A stretch of DNA of 64,000 nt from Catajapyx aquilonaris (GCA_000934665.2 JYFJ02000982.1:1-64000), one strand, 5' to 3'; counted from the stretch's first letter, positions 49,341 to 63,362 are shown. Translations and numbers: made by a program. The notes: generated from the letters alone by a model not told the origin.

Positions 49341-51526
49341 ATGGAGAAGCTACCACTGCTGATTCTTATGGCAACGCTGATCATCTCAGCTCATGGTGAG
49401 ATGTCTTTACATATTATTATTAAACAGGATTGCGCACTACACAAGTCCATGAGCTGCAAGAGGGGAGGAAAGTGACAATATATATTTGAAGGGTTTATTC
49501 CGGTAATCAGTTTAAAAAGGTGAAACAGTCACGACAGGCGACATTTTTAAAAACATATGGTTTCTTCTTTCCAAACTGGTTGCTAGGAAAAACATTTCAT
49601 TCCTTCCCCGTTGTGCTTCCATTAATTGTTGAACCTCTGGACTTGGACCAATATTTAAATACCTATTATTATTTAAATGAGACCGTATTTGCATCCCTCG
49701 ATGCCAAGAGAGAGATAAAAACTGCAACATGAAATACATTACGATATGTAGTTGTAAAAAGGGTGAAATATAGTTCAATTATACAAGCCACGTTCGCAAG
49801 AAAATCTTATTACTATTCGTGTGAGCGCTTGCTGCAATGTTTCATCTTACATTTTTCACACCTTTTTGCGTAGTTCATTTTTGATATGTTTTTGCTCTAA
49901 AACTTCTCTTTGCCGCTTAGAATCCTGTGATATACACTTGGGATTGTTAAATCATGACACACATGTTCAGTCAGGTTGAAAAATCATATTTGTTTAATAT
50001 TTTCTTGCTGCTGCAGGGTCCTTTAATTCAAGCCCAGCGATTTGCCTGACAGAAACTGGAGATCTGACAATGGGCTGTGTTGCTATGCAAGTCCCCTGGA
50101 AATCGACCTTTATGTATCTGTGTCCAGGTTAGTATATCGACAAACTACAGGACCTATACACCGTAAAATAGAGGCAAAATAATTTGAATTTTGACTCCAG
50201 GAAAGGAAGACAATAATTACGAGAAGAAGGATTGCACATGCATTGTTGAGACGCCTGATGCGAAAGGACCCTACAGTTGCAAAAGGGAAGAATGTGCATA
50301 CAATGTCATTCATTCAGATCTGTCTAATGTCGTGGAAACTGGGATATTAGCAGTCCACTCGCTCGACAAACGGTGGAGGACAAATCTTTGCCTTTCGGAC
50401 CCTGGTATGTGCACTGTAAGTTTACCAATAAAAGTGACAGGAATTTTCATGCGTTATTCTCATGCAGATTACTGCAAGCACGTCCCATGCAGGCCACCAC
50501 CTTACAATATGACCGAGTGCAAGGAGATTAGAGGAAAGCCGTGCTGCTCCGATTACGTGTGTGGACGTCAGGAACACAGTAATGAGAGTGAGCTAGTCAT
50601 TATATCGGACCGAAGCAGGTTGGCATAGTGGATAAGGCGTCCGACTGCTAATCGGGAGGTCCTGGGTTCGAATCCCGGGGCCGGCAACCTTGACCGTGGT
50701 TTTCTGTGGTTTTCCACGGTCTTTCTAGGATAATTCCGGGGTCGCTTCCGTATAATAGGCCACAGCCGCTTCCTTCCTTCCCTATCCTTGGAGGTTGAAT
50801 GGCAAATGCTGGGCCAACCTCCTTAAATATCAATTAAAAGTCAGTCATTATATTGGAAGGAACCCTGTGGATGTGTGAACCTTCAGACATATACCCTGTA
50901 TAATACGTACTCTAACTGTATGTGCTGTCAAAAAAGTTTCGCCAAAGCTTATTCTGGCATTACGACATTCGACCTAAGTGAAGTTGACAGAAAAACGACA
51001 ACAAATGTATTATTATCTGATGCATAGCGCCGAATTTCATTTGGACATAGACATGAGCAGTATATGTCTACTTTAATATCTATCACCTACAGTATAATGC
51101 AAACGTGGCACATGTTGTTTGTTTGACCAATTTCCAGGTGTCTCGCACTGTGTCCACACAAGGTGTTCCGGAGTGGCTTTAATGGCTCTTTACTCGGAAT
51201 ATCCAAGACGGAATCCAGATGGATCTCCCTGCTCAGCCTTCATAGATGTTTACAACTGTCATGATAGTCTAGTTATCACATGCAAAGGTGATGTCTATGC
51301 TACATGCATTTAGTGTCTTGGACAGTACTCTGCTAATATGTTGCAATATCACATTTCAGAGAAAGAAAAATCTGGACGTTGTCCGACTGCCAATGAGATG
51401 GACGTGAACATCGATACTGGCTTTGCTCGTCTCTGTGTGGGAGACTACACCTGCCCGGATGACCAAAAATGTTGCACCTTTGACCCCTCAGGCGAAGGGC
51501 TATGCATGGAGCCTGTCACAGACTGA
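49341..51526 (+). CDS. Secreted Cys-rich VWC-like/WAP-like protein, copy 2
   Basis: Six exons homologous to copy 1: MEKLPLLILMATLIISAH | CLTETGD..VPWKSTFMYLCP | .. | CRPPPYNMTEC..CCSDYVC | NPDGSPC | KSGRCP..CVGDYTCPDDQKCC..CMEPVTD*. Confidence 0.8.
50608..50842 (+). mobile_element. tRNA-derived SINE (family A) in intron 4 of Cys-rich copy 2
   Basis: A box TGGCATAGTGG, ctGCTaa, B box GGTTCGAATCC; flanking repeat AGTCATTATAT(C/T)GGA at 50595-50609 and 50843-50857. Confidence 0.88.
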
Positions 51527-52851
51527 AATTATTTTAACGTCTGGTGGAATTGAAGCGATATTACTTTGTTGCAGTAATGTTCGGGCGAAAGTTGCCCGAC
51601 GTATGAAGGAAGACAAGGGAACACAGAAAGTACATAAAAAGCGCCTGTAACTGCAGTTTTAGTAAAATAAACAATATTGTTTCATAGACACGCTTGTCTG
51701 AATTTTATTTAGATAATTGCGGATTTAGTACACTTATAGTCCACAGTTACCCTTACCACCCGAATTTAGATCAGGTGACCAGGTCTGTGAAAGAAAACGG
51801 AATCCAGAGGAATCTTGTCCGTATAACGGATTTTTTATTTTCTTCTATTTGTGAAGCCAAATGCACCTGTACGATGTATTTTTGTCCCACAATATCGACA
51901 TCAACGTAGTGGGTTTTAAATGTTTTCCTGTTCAGCATTACCATGTTTTTGTATTAAATTTTCTAATGGTAAGCTTTTAAGGGAAGATACAGTCGGCACA
52001 GACAGGGATAGTAATATTTCTATATTAACAGTTCAGAGTACCTTCACGGAGATATCGGTTATAACAAATTTAAAAAAAAAATATGCCACAATAAGAGTTA
52101 ATGACCTGAAGACACGCATAAATTTGCATTGGTAGATATCCGTTCTCAGACGAACATTATAGCGGAAGTGCACATTAAATACGTACATTTTCTTGTTTTG
52201 ATAAAGTAAAATGAAGTATATTATGAGGCAAATATGATGGGAACTAAAACATCGTAAGCGTGAAAATAATGGGGATGAGTAAAATAAGCGACGTAAATAA
52301 AAATTAGAATTAGAATTGCAGTGCGTACAAGCATCGGTTGGAGTTAACATGAATGATACAATCGTTTTATCTTGCGTTTTATAATGTTGTTAAATAGATT
52401 GGTCTATTATAGAGGGCTTTGACTTTTAAACAGTCAAATTATAATCATCAGCATGTACGTGCTCATCTTGCCGGAGTTTCTTTGACCACCTTGTTTTGAT
52501 AGTTTTGATTATAGTTACATAATTCCGGAATATACTCACAATAACAAGCCATTCTTCGGAAGTCATTCGCATTAGATCATACTGAATTATTATATGACTA
52601 GCATGCTACAATAGTACAACCTAGGGGAGGCGCGGACAATACATACTCAACGCCACAGTGTATTTGAAAGGTCATTCTCTGAGTAATAATTACAGCTTGT
52701 TTTGAAACGCGAATATTGTTTGTTTCTTACGATACAGTATGTTCCGGACTCGTCATATTCTAAGCAGCGTCATTGCATGTCACACCACTGATTTCAATAA
52801 TTACGCGTTAATGTGCCCATGTTGCTAGTGAGTAGAGTTCTAATGTCCAGC

Positions 52852-54244
52852 ATGGCTCAAGGCAAGGCTGCAGCTGTAGCTGTGGCCTTATTTCTGTTGG
52901 TCATCATTGTAGTACCCTCCCAAGGTATGAACTTCTCGAGTGCCTCATGTATATAGTGTAAAAATAAGTTCGAAGAAACGTATAGTTCTGTAATCTTAAC
53001 AAGACGGAGATTAGAGGAAGAAAACTCTCTACCTTATTATAGTGCTGATGGTTGCACACAACCAGAATACGTTTATCTGAACAGTGAATTAATATGAATA
53101 TTATACTGCAACACGCTCTTAATTTCAGTCGTTTCGTCCAATTCGAGCAGCCTGTGCCTGCAAGAGAGTGGCAACCTTAAAGATGGCTGCATCGCCATTC
53201 AAGTCTCATGGAAGTCTTCAATCGCATACCTTTGTCCTGGTAAGATTCACTTTTCGTTACTGATGTTAAGCAAGCCTATGGGATCATTAGTCGCAGGCCT
53301 GTCTCGGATTAGATATTTGGCGTTACAAATCAGTGTTTTGAATATTGCGTCTTATTACCAGAGTGTACAGTGAGAACAGTTTGGCCTAATCAATAACTCA
53401 ATGGCATTGCTTGATTGCAGGCAGTGAAGAGGAGCGGTACAAGATGAGAGATTGCGCAATTCCAACAATACCCGAAAATCACCCTAGAGGAGCATTTGCT
53501 GTTTACACGGCTTGGGGATGCGGACAAGGGATTTGCAAGTCAAAAAGTTCAGGTTGTGACAAGCTTCTCGCACAATGACATTAACTGTGAGTGTACTGGG
53601 ACTCAAATTTTTTTCCAGCTGCTGTGTACCGTGAGCCGTGGATTACAACAGAGAAATGTAGGCCTGCCCCATACAATCGGACAGAATGCACCGAAATAAA
53701 GGATGAGCCATCGAATTATTCAAGTCCTCGTTGTACACGATATTGGTGTGGAAATGGAGGTGAGGCTAAGAAATGTTCAGTCACTGGTACTGTTTAAGAT
53801 GTGATTTTTTTGACACAGATATATCCGACTGCAGACCAAAAGGTGTTCATAAAGTAGAACATGGTTATGCAATCTACTTCCATGAATTAAAAGAGCATAA
53901 TTTACCTGCCCCTCCCAAGAATCCCGATGGCAGCAACTGTGTCACTTTTAAAGACTCATATAGCTGCGACAGTGCTGTTCATATGTGCAAAGGTACTTGT
54001 ACATCGTATTTAACCAGCCATTAAGCAAAAAATGGTGGCGTGCTAAATGCACAATGACTGCATTTCAGATCAAGAGAAACCAGGACGTTGCCACCTTCCG
54101 AGCGAGTTGGATATCAACAACTTCAGTGTAGATGGGCTGCGTCTGTGCGTTGGTGACTTTTCGTGTCCTGGAAGACAAAAATGCTGCAAACATCGCCCTG
54201 GATTCACAGAGGGTTACTGCATGGAACCTTACAACGGGGTGTAA
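52852..54244 (+). CDS. Secreted Cys-rich VWC-like/WAP-like protein, copy 3 (most divergent)
   Basis: Six exons: MAQGKAAAVAVALFLLVIIVVPSQ | CLQESGNLKDGCIAIQVSWKS..LCP | .. | CRPAPYNRTEC | NPDGSNC | KPGRCH..CVGDFSCPGRQKCC..CMEPYNGV*. Confidence 0.78.
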
Positions 54245-55022
54245 AATGTTTATACTAAATTTTGTGTCGAATACTGTAGTTGTTACTACTCGTAATATTT
54301 TGAGTATTACCACAATGCCTTTTATGTAATAAGTCTGCCTGTATTTTTAATAAACATTATGCAGGCAGATTTAATAAAACTACATTATTACTGATACGTA
54401 GGCTGTAACGCTATAGCATGTGGCCACATAAATGCGGTAGAATTGTCCCATAATCGTAATAATTTATTATGTAAACAATTCTCGAAAGTTTGACATAGAT
54501 GGAAATAAACACTGATACAAAATATATTATTTCATTTTTACTCCCACAATTATGCTATCATTTAAATACACACAGTTTACGTTTGGAATGAATGAATTAC
54601 GAGTATTATTTCAATTGATGTATTCGCAAAGACATTATGTCTTGCGTATATCAGTGAAAAAATGTTACAGCCAATTAACCGCTGATAACGAGGGCACAGT
54701 GTACTGCACACAAAATAATTATTTGCAAATTAATTTTGGGTTTGAAAAGCAAGGACGAATCGTCCTGCCAATATTGAAGCAGTTATTTCACCCATCCAAT
54801 ATTGACGGAGGTTGTTCACCGCACTTCTTTGCGTCATTCCCGGAATCATTACGCACATCAACAATCATTATTCTCCGCAAGTCATTCACACTGCTGGATC
54901 CCGAGGAACGAAACGCCCATACGGAAATACTCGTGTATTTAGCCTTGCAACGCTGCACTCGACGGGTAATTTACAAGCTAGAGTTCATCATTAAACACAG
55001 TTGGAGCCCACTGTGTCAAGAG

Positions 55023-56356
55023 ATGGAGAAACTACTACTGCTGATTTCAATGACGCTGATCATCTCAACTCATGGTGAGGTGACTATACATGCACATCTT
55101 CAGTCAATCGAAAAAAGGAGGACCTATCGGTACTTAATGTAATTTTTTTTTCAAATTTTTTCAAATTTTTCAAGATTTTTTTCAAATTCAAGCCCAGCAG
55201 TGATGTGCCTTACAGAAACTGGAGATATCACAATGGGCTGTGTTGCTATCCAAGTCCCCTGGAAATCGACCTTCATGTATCTCTGCCCAGGTAATTATTA
55301 TTGGCAGCCTGTATCAAAAACCAGCGGCAAGAAATTGTGTCAAAATTTTCACTCCAGGGAAGGAAGACAATTACACGATGAATGGTTGTGGGTCAAAGGT
55401 CGATACTCCTCGGAAACGCCAGCGCTACAGGTGCTGCAGAGATAGAGAATGCGAATACAGGAGGTTCAGCCTCTATGCGAACATGTCGGAAGTATCAGTG
55501 GAAAGGGGAAAATTAGCTGTGTACAAACTGGACGAGAGGTGCCGACCAAGATTATGCGCTTCGGAACCTGGTATAAGTTGGTAAATGTTAACAAGGGACA
55601 GCAGTTATTTTCCGGCGTTATTCTCTTGCAGATTACTGTCAACACGTCTCGTGTCGGCCGCCGCCTTACAATCGCACCGAGTGCATGGAGATTAAAGGAA
55701 ATTCGTGCTGCTCCAAATACGAGTGTGGACATCATAGTAATGAGAGTGAGTTAGGTTTATCATTACATCGTAAGGAACTTGGGTCCTAAAAGAGGTGTGA
55801 ACCCTGAGACACCCTGTAAACGTAATATGAACAATGCAGTCGCCTTTAGCGGAGAAGTGTTTGACAAATACAGTACAATATGCATCTATCACTATAAAGA
55901 TTACTGCGAATGAAAATGTAACATGTTTTTTTAAATCACTTTCCAGGTGACACACATTGTGTTCATCGTTTCGGTTGTTTTGGTAGCCTGCATTTTATGT
56001 ACATTTACTCGAAATATCCCAGACGGAATCCAGATGGATCTCCCTGCCAAGTCTTCATAGATGATTACAACTGCAATGATCTAGTTACCATGTGCAAAGG
56101 TGATGTATATAGTATATAGGCTGCGTGCTTTTAGTGTCTTGGATTGTTATCTGCTAATATGCCATAACTTCCTATTTCAGAGGAGGAAAAACCCGGACGT
56201 TGTCCGACTGCCAATGAGATGGACGTGAACATCGACACTGACTTTGCTCGTCTCTGCGTGGGAGACTACACCTGCCCGGATGACCAAAAATGCTGCACCT
56301 TTTACCCCTCACTGTCCTCAGGCAAGGGGTTCTGCGTGGAGCCTGTCACAGACTGA
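55023..56356 (+). CDS. Secreted Cys-rich VWC-like/WAP-like protein, copy 4
   Basis: Close paralog of copy 2, including the upstream region. The exon 2 acceptor is ambiguous: in frame only at the CAGCAG at 55195-55200. Ends KPGRCP..CVGDYTCPDDQKCC..CVEPVTD*. Confidence 0.72.
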
Positions 56357-57455
56357 CACTGTTTTAACATCTGGTGCAATTTAAGTTATGTTTCTGTAGT
56401 GCAGTAGTGTCAATAGCCAGGTCACGACCCAGGCTAAAGTTTCTCATTGTCTGAAAGAATACGGTATAGCTTGGAATATAGGGAAACACAAAAAGAACAG
56501 AAAACAATGTTTATCCCAATCTTGTATAAGTGGCTCAAGGGCAGTGGTGTACAATACTGTCACACTCTTGAAAGGTCCCCGTATTAAAAAATAAAGTAGA
56601 AAAGTGGTAGCATGAATAAGATTTCCATGGGTGCTATTTATGTTAATATTACGTTGATAATATGACCTACTCTGACCATTCAGTCTATATCCGTCCACAT
56701 TGATTGATATCGTCTAATCATATTTGATTATTAAGCTCAATCCTCTTCAGGTCAACAGACAGGTCACCTTGAACTTGCCTCATTTCTCCTCTTCACAATT
56801 TATCTCGGCCTCAGACATAGTATGTGCTTGAGATAAAAGTTCTTATCCGCAGTTATCCGCTCCATTACAGATAAAAACCGAGTGAACTGAGCATGTAATG
56901 TACCCGTCTTAATGATAAGTTAATAATTATTGTTAGCAACGATAAACCTAAAAATAAAAATATGGACAAATCACCGGTTCATGGCCAGTATGGTGCAGTT
57001 GGTCATGAACAAGTGCACGGGTGCACTCAATAACTACTGGTTTGACATATATTACATTGCACCACATATCCGTTATGTAATCAGTTTGAACGCGCTCTTA
57101 TCACGCAGCACTATATCAACATGAGGAAAAAAATATGAGAAGCCTTGAATACATTTGGCATATGTTTAGTCTCTCTCAGTCGTCGCTTGGCTACCGAAGT
57201 GAGCAGATCGCTTCATTTCAACTACTGGTTCAGGTAAGAAATATTGGGGTCACATTTGCATAATTATTTTATTGTCATCTAGGAAACTGGATGGTCATCT
57301 AGGATTGGTTGGTTTGCTAAGGGAAAACATAAAAATGCTGGAAACGTCGCGTCGTATCTCTATAGACCGAGTTCACTTGTTTCGGTACTGTGTATATGCC
57401 TCTCACTATAATGTGGAATCTAACATTGTTTTCAGGAATAGGAGGACTCGCAACA

Positions 57456-58906
57456 ATGCCCATTGACTTCTACAACATTGTAGGCAGCCCGCCTTGCAGT
57501 GCAGCATTGCTAACCGCCAAGGCTCTGGGTGTTCAGGTCAACATTAAGAAAATCGACTTCGAGGGAAAAGAACATCTGAAGCCAGAATTTCGCAAGGTTC
57601 AGTATACGCCGAGCTTATTAAATTTGCACTCCACTAATTAGTTGACTCTGCTAACAATACAATTTTGGAGCCAAACGCAAACTACTTGAAGACCTGATCT
57701 ATAGTCACACTCAAACTAAGTTTACAGTAGATTCCCAATAACGCGAATACCGATAACTCGAAGAAAGTGGCATTGTTGTTAAGCAAAATGCTGGTTGCAG
57801 CAACTGACGGGGAATTTTAGTAATATTTCACTTCACGCCTATTTATTGTAATGGCTGTGACACAGCCATTACAATAAATAAGACGCCTCCTACCTATTAG
57901 TGTCAGATAAATAAAAGCTTACTCGAGGGGGAAAAACCCAGACAATGCACTGCTTGTTTGACGATATAAATAAACAAAAATAAATACTTCCTGGGATATG
58001 GTTCGTCACATGTTTTATTATGATACAAGTTAGTTACTGACGACAGGGTGTTACTAATTAATACATTTAAAACCATTGCAGCTCAACCCCCAGCACACTG
58101 TCCCGACCATAGTGGACGATGGATACGTCTTGGCAGAAAGGTATGTAGTTAACACTTGCAACAAATGAGATGTCAATAAGTATTTCCGGTATTTCCAGCC
58201 GTGCAATCCAGGTGTACTTTGTGACCAAGTACGGCAAAGGTGACACCCTGTACCCGAACGACGCCAAGAAGCGCGGTATTGTCGAGCACAGACTCAACTT
58301 CGACCTGGGCACCCTGTACCAGCGCTTCGTGAACGTTTATGTGAGTGAAGTTCGATGTAATGAGGTCAGATGTAAACTGAACCCTGTCTAGAACCGCCCC
58401 GTAATTGGATCGGCTACTCAACACATCCATAGACAAATTGTTCATCAGATTACATGACAGATTTTATGTCATGTAAAATAATCAGGTCAGCCCTGCCCTC
58501 AGCAACCAAATAGTGGACCGGATCCGGAACGGGTTCGGACCCAGTCCAGCTTACTCACGGTCGTGTGATTGACTCTTACTGTCATCAGTTCCCAGCCCTG
58601 ATATATGGAGCCAGCACCATCGAAAAGGAGAAGATTCCGAAGCTGACCGAAGCCCTGGAGATACTGGACGTCTATCTGTCCCAGACCAAGTGGTCAGCAG
58701 GAGACCACATAACCGTCGCTGACCACAGTCTGGTCGCAAGTCTGGGGGCAATCGACGCCGTGAACTTTGACCTGACTCCGTACAAGAACGTGACCCGTTG
58801 GTACAAGCAGTGCCAGGAGGAGATGCCTGGTTACAAGGAGATAAACCAGGCTTCGGTCGACGCCTTTCGACAGTGGGCCAAAGCAGCATTGGCCGGAAAG
58901 GTGTAA
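57456..58906 (+). CDS. GST Delta-class, unit 9
   Basis: [19 protein letters not shown]..; four coding exons plus a likely non-coding exon at ~57178-57233; ends AALAGKV*. Confidence 0.92.
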
Positions 58907-59006
58907 TTATATCCGAAAATGTGACGTAATTACTGCTTAATAAAATAATCAGACCAAACACCATTGTCGTTTTTATGCCAACCTGTCATGGACATACTGT
59001 AGGAAT

Positions 59007-59362
59007 GGAGCATATACTACATAAGAGGCGCAAACATTCGATTTCCGCGTCTTTCTGTTTAGGGCGTCGCCAAGGCTGGCGGCCATCCTGAAGTGTGTGG
59101 AACGCCAACGAGGTATAAATAGGGTACAGGCAAAAATAGGGTCCCCCATCTTTGATTCGCGCGTGTTATTGCCGTGTAGTTGCCATGGCCGCCAAACCCA
59201 TCAAAGATGGCGGACCCTATTTTTGCCTGTACCCTATTTATACCTCGTTAGCGTTCCCCACACTTCAAGATGGCCGCCAGCCTTGGCAACGGTCCCAAAC
59301 AGAGAGACGCGAACATCAAAGGCGCCGACAGAAGTTTGCGCCTCTTATGTAGTATGTGCTCC
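59007..59362. mobile_element. Fold-back MITE (family M1), second copy
   Basis: GGAGCATATACTACATAAGAGGCGCAAAC / GTTTGCGCCTCTTATGTAGTATGTGCTCC; nearly the whole element is palindromic; homologous to 27322-27638. Confidence 0.88.
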
Positions 59363-59689
59363 TTGCTGTAGAACAAAAAGTTTTTAAATATTTTTTTCTC
59401 CGTCTAATCATAAGTCACAATGTTCTTGTTGAATCAATTTGTTTAACTTGTATGTGTTAATTAGAATACTGTATATGTTACAGTGTGCAATGAATTTTGC
59501 AACACTGCAATATTCGCAAAACAGCACCTTATCATCCATAGGCAGGTATATATAAAAAATAGCTCAAGGTTGTCCTTGAAACGCCGCGCGCATGTTACAG
59601 CCTGCATGGCAGTCCATGCTCGACTCTTGCACTGAAAGGAAGTGTGCAGTCTATACCAACGACACTTATTGTACCAGAAGCTTCTAGCA

Positions 59690-61256
59690 ATGGCGCCGAT
59701 AGTCTTCTACAGAATGATTGGCAGCCCGTCATGCAGCGCCGCTCTTCTGACGGCCAAGGCTCTTGGACTGCAGCTGGAGATGAAGATGCTGGACTACATG
59801 GCCAAGGATCATCTCAAGCCAGAGTTCGTCAAGGTATTATTTACACAGTTTGCAGGGAAATGCAATGAAGTGTCAATGATTATTGTATCTCAGGTGAGGT
59901 GACCTTCAACAAAGGTGACGAGGTCGGCAACTAGGTTTTGTTCCTAAGTTGTCATGCTTGGAAGCACACTTGTGGCGTAATTATTATGTAATTAGGACAT
60001 ACAATCGAGGCAGGTGCCGCTAATATATAAAATAAATTACTGAGTTCTCACGAGTAATTATCATGGGCAGCTTGATGCCGACATGTGTGAATCGTGATGA
60101 GTATTTCTCTCTGTTAATGCACCCGGAAATTGCATAATATTCAGCAGCTGGCAATGTCCAAAATGAAGAGAAAAAAACGAGTGACGTTAATTAAGAGCAG
60201 ATTCCGATAAAGGTTAGTTGAACATACGGTTGGAAATATTTGGAATTGGGGAATTTGACTTCGTTTTCTTCCAGACGGTTTTTTAAAAATTGGGTGTATT
60301 TGTAATTAGAAAAGAAAATAATTTTTACGTGGTGGCATTAAATAGCTCATGATCTTATTATTCTGCAGATTTAAGATAATACAGGCATTAAGCAAACAAT
60401 ATGCATGTAATGCATGTAACAAGCAATTATGTTCAAATTGTCATATTGTGCTTATTTCATTTTTATTGCAGATTAATCCACTACACTCAGTTCCAACCAT
60501 TGTTGATGATGGATATGCCCTGTCAGAAAGGTAACTTCTTCCATAAAATTATGTCTTAGCAATTTGTGTCGAGTGCATCAATTACTTTATAAGCATTAAA
60601 TGAACCACAGTGCAGCACAGGACAGAGTATAGGCTACATAAACAGTGATATTCAGATGTATTGCGCGCATTAACCAAAAATTGTGCATATTTTTATTGGT
60701 AATAACAGTATGAGAAATATGTCACTTGTTGCCTACATTACAGCCGTGCTATCCAGGTGTACTTTGCAACCAAGTACGGTAAGGACGATTCGCTGTACCC
60801 CAACGATGCCAAGAAGAGAGGTGTCGTTGAGCAACGACTCTACTTTGGCATGGGGACACTCGAGAAGCGCATGTGGGACGTTTATGTGAGCATAAACATT
60901 TGTAAATGTGCATATGACATATTAAGTGGATAATATTACAGGGACCTCCATTTGAAACCGGCGAACCTATCAACAAGGAGAAGATCCCTCAAATGAAGGA
61001 AGCCCTGGAGATACTGGATGGCTATCTATCCAAGAGCAAGTGGGTAGCATGTGACCACATAACCATCGCTGACCACAGTCTGGTAGCAAGCCTGGGTGCG
61101 TTTGATGCTGTCGGGTATGACCTGACCCTGCACAAGAATGTGACCCGTTGGTACAAGGACTGTCAGAAGGAGATGCCAGGTTACAAGGAGACCAACCAGA
61201 CCGGAATTGATGAGTTTCGAGACTATGCAAAGGGAACTTTAGCTGGAAAAGTGTAG
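59690..61256 (+). CDS. GST Delta-class, unit 10
   Basis: MAPIVFYRMIGSPSCSAALL..; four exons (last starts 60942); ends GTLAGKV*. Confidence 0.9.
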
Positions 61257-61630
61257 ATCACCCACTGAAACCGAATAAAATCCATATGATCGATCACAAT
61301 TTTTCTGCCGGCTAATTACTTTTAGTGTGTAAACTACCGAGATGCGACCTATCCCACGACCTAGCAGCTTAAGAATGTGTTTATGCAACCTGTAGTTAAT
61401 TCCTCCAACATGTTGCGCAAGGCAGATTCCAGCTTCCTCCTGTCACAAAAAAAGGACCTTGAATTCCCTCACCATGTGGCATGCTTCATATGGCCAGTTC
61501 GAGTCTAGTTCCTGCAGCGTGCGTTTCATTTATCTAGCAATGTAACGAAGACTTGACAGTGCAAAGAGTGATATTATTTACTTGTGTTTGTGACACTGGT
61601 TTTTGTTACTAATCAGATAAAAGTACAAGC

Positions 61631-62674
61631 ATGCCGATCGACTTCTACTGCATGGATGGCAGCCCATCCTGTGGGTCTGCCTTGTTGACTGCCAAGGCCC
61701 TTGGCATAAAGGTCAACTTGAAGAAGTTCGACTGGATTTCTGGGGATCACAAGAAGCCTGAGTACCTCAAGGTAATGCACTTCGATTAGTTCGATATTAC
61801 CGTCATCGAGTATACTAATACAATACTTCGATGATGATGATGCTGTGATGATGGCCTTGAATGTCTTGCAGATTAACCCCCAGCACACTGTGCCTGCCAT
61901 TGTTGATGACGGATTCGCCCTGGCCGAAAGGTAATAATACCAATAATCTACTAATCAGTCATACCAGATCACATTGATCGAACTTTCTGGGTGCATGTCT
62001 TTGCCTTGAAAGACCAGCCTCACAGTTTGATGAGTAAGAATAGTACATGACAAGCGAAACAGTTCTGTAGTCTATGACGTTGAAGCATTGTTATGCATAG
62101 AGAGTCTGTATGCCTATAATATTTATTGTTGCGGATATTTCAGCCGTGCAATCCAGGTGTATTTTGCCACCAAGTACGGCAAGGACGACTCGCTGTACCC
62201 GAATGATGCCAAGAAGCGTGGTATTGTTGAGCAACGGCTCTTCTTTGACATAGGGACACTCGATAAGCGATTGTGGGACGTTTATGTGAGTCAAATCTGT
62301 GTGAAAAACACGCTAGTAACACCCGTCGGGGCAAGATATTTAATCAGTAATTGTTATTACAGGGCCCTGTTTTCGAAAAGAAGCCACCCAACAATGATAA
62401 GCTCCCCCAAGTGAAGGAAGCCCTGGAGATACTGGATGGCTATTTGTCCAAGACCAAGTGGGCAGCTGGTGACCACATAACTGTCGCTGACCACAGTCTG
62501 GTGGCCACCATCAGCTCGTACGATGTTGTGGGTATCGACTTCTCTGCTTACAAGAATGTGACCAAGTGGTACAAGCAGTGCAAAGAGGAGATGACCGGAT
62601 ACAAGGAGGCCCATGGAGATGGGGCCGAATTATTCAGAGAGTGGGCCAAACAATTTTTGGCCGGAAACGTGTAA
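61631..62674 (+). CDS. GST Delta-class, unit 11
   Basis: MPIDFYCMDGSPSCGSALL..; four exons; ends QFLAGNV*. Confidence 0.9.
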
Positions 62675-63362
62675 ACGGTGACCTTGCTCCAAGCTGAATA
62701 AACATCTCATTGCAGTGGAGTATTTCTTTGAATTTTTTTCCGTAACCTGTGTACTTTCAATAATTTAATGTTGACGATTTTCACGCCTTGATGGCCAAAA
62801 GTGAACCGGATATTTTAAAGGTAGAGCTCCTATTTGTGATCGCCAATGTTTCTGTCGCATATTATGGAAACCTGTAACATAATAGACCAAAAAGTTGCTG
62901 ACCCGCGTTGACCTCTACGGGCATTTCAATTAAAACACACGCCTGACACACTTAAGGATAAGGCACACAGCAAATATGTGCCACAAAAATAATACCATTA
63001 CGTAATCCGAGATATAGTTACCGCCCACATCACGTAACCACTGGAGAGCTTTGTTTATACAGTATGCGTAAGAGAACTCTTAAAAATGATGTTGAAAGCA
63101 TTTAGCAGCCGCATTTGTTATCAAGCTGTAGAAAGTGAGCAGATCGCTTCATTGCAACTACTGGACAGGTAAGGAGAATTCAATCATATTGGTAGGGTCA
63201 CAAGGGTCACGTTTTATCAAGTGGTTTGTTGTAATCGCATAGATATATCACTGAATATCGCATTTTACACTTGGGTCACGTTTTATTTGTTACGAGTCTT
63301 GGCTCGCATGTAGAAACCGTATATTTCCTTCAGGGGTCGGAAGACTTGAGATAGGTACGACA

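Noticed and set aside
50612..50695. tRNA-Ser(GCT)-like sequence
   Set aside because: It is a SINE head: no Ser variable arm, attached to a repeat body, flanked by a target-site duplication, with a second copy at 16 kb.
54552..55142. 196-aa ORF
   Set aside because: Chance upstream extension of the signal-peptide exon of Cys-rich copy 4; the homologous region before copy 2 is not open in that frame.
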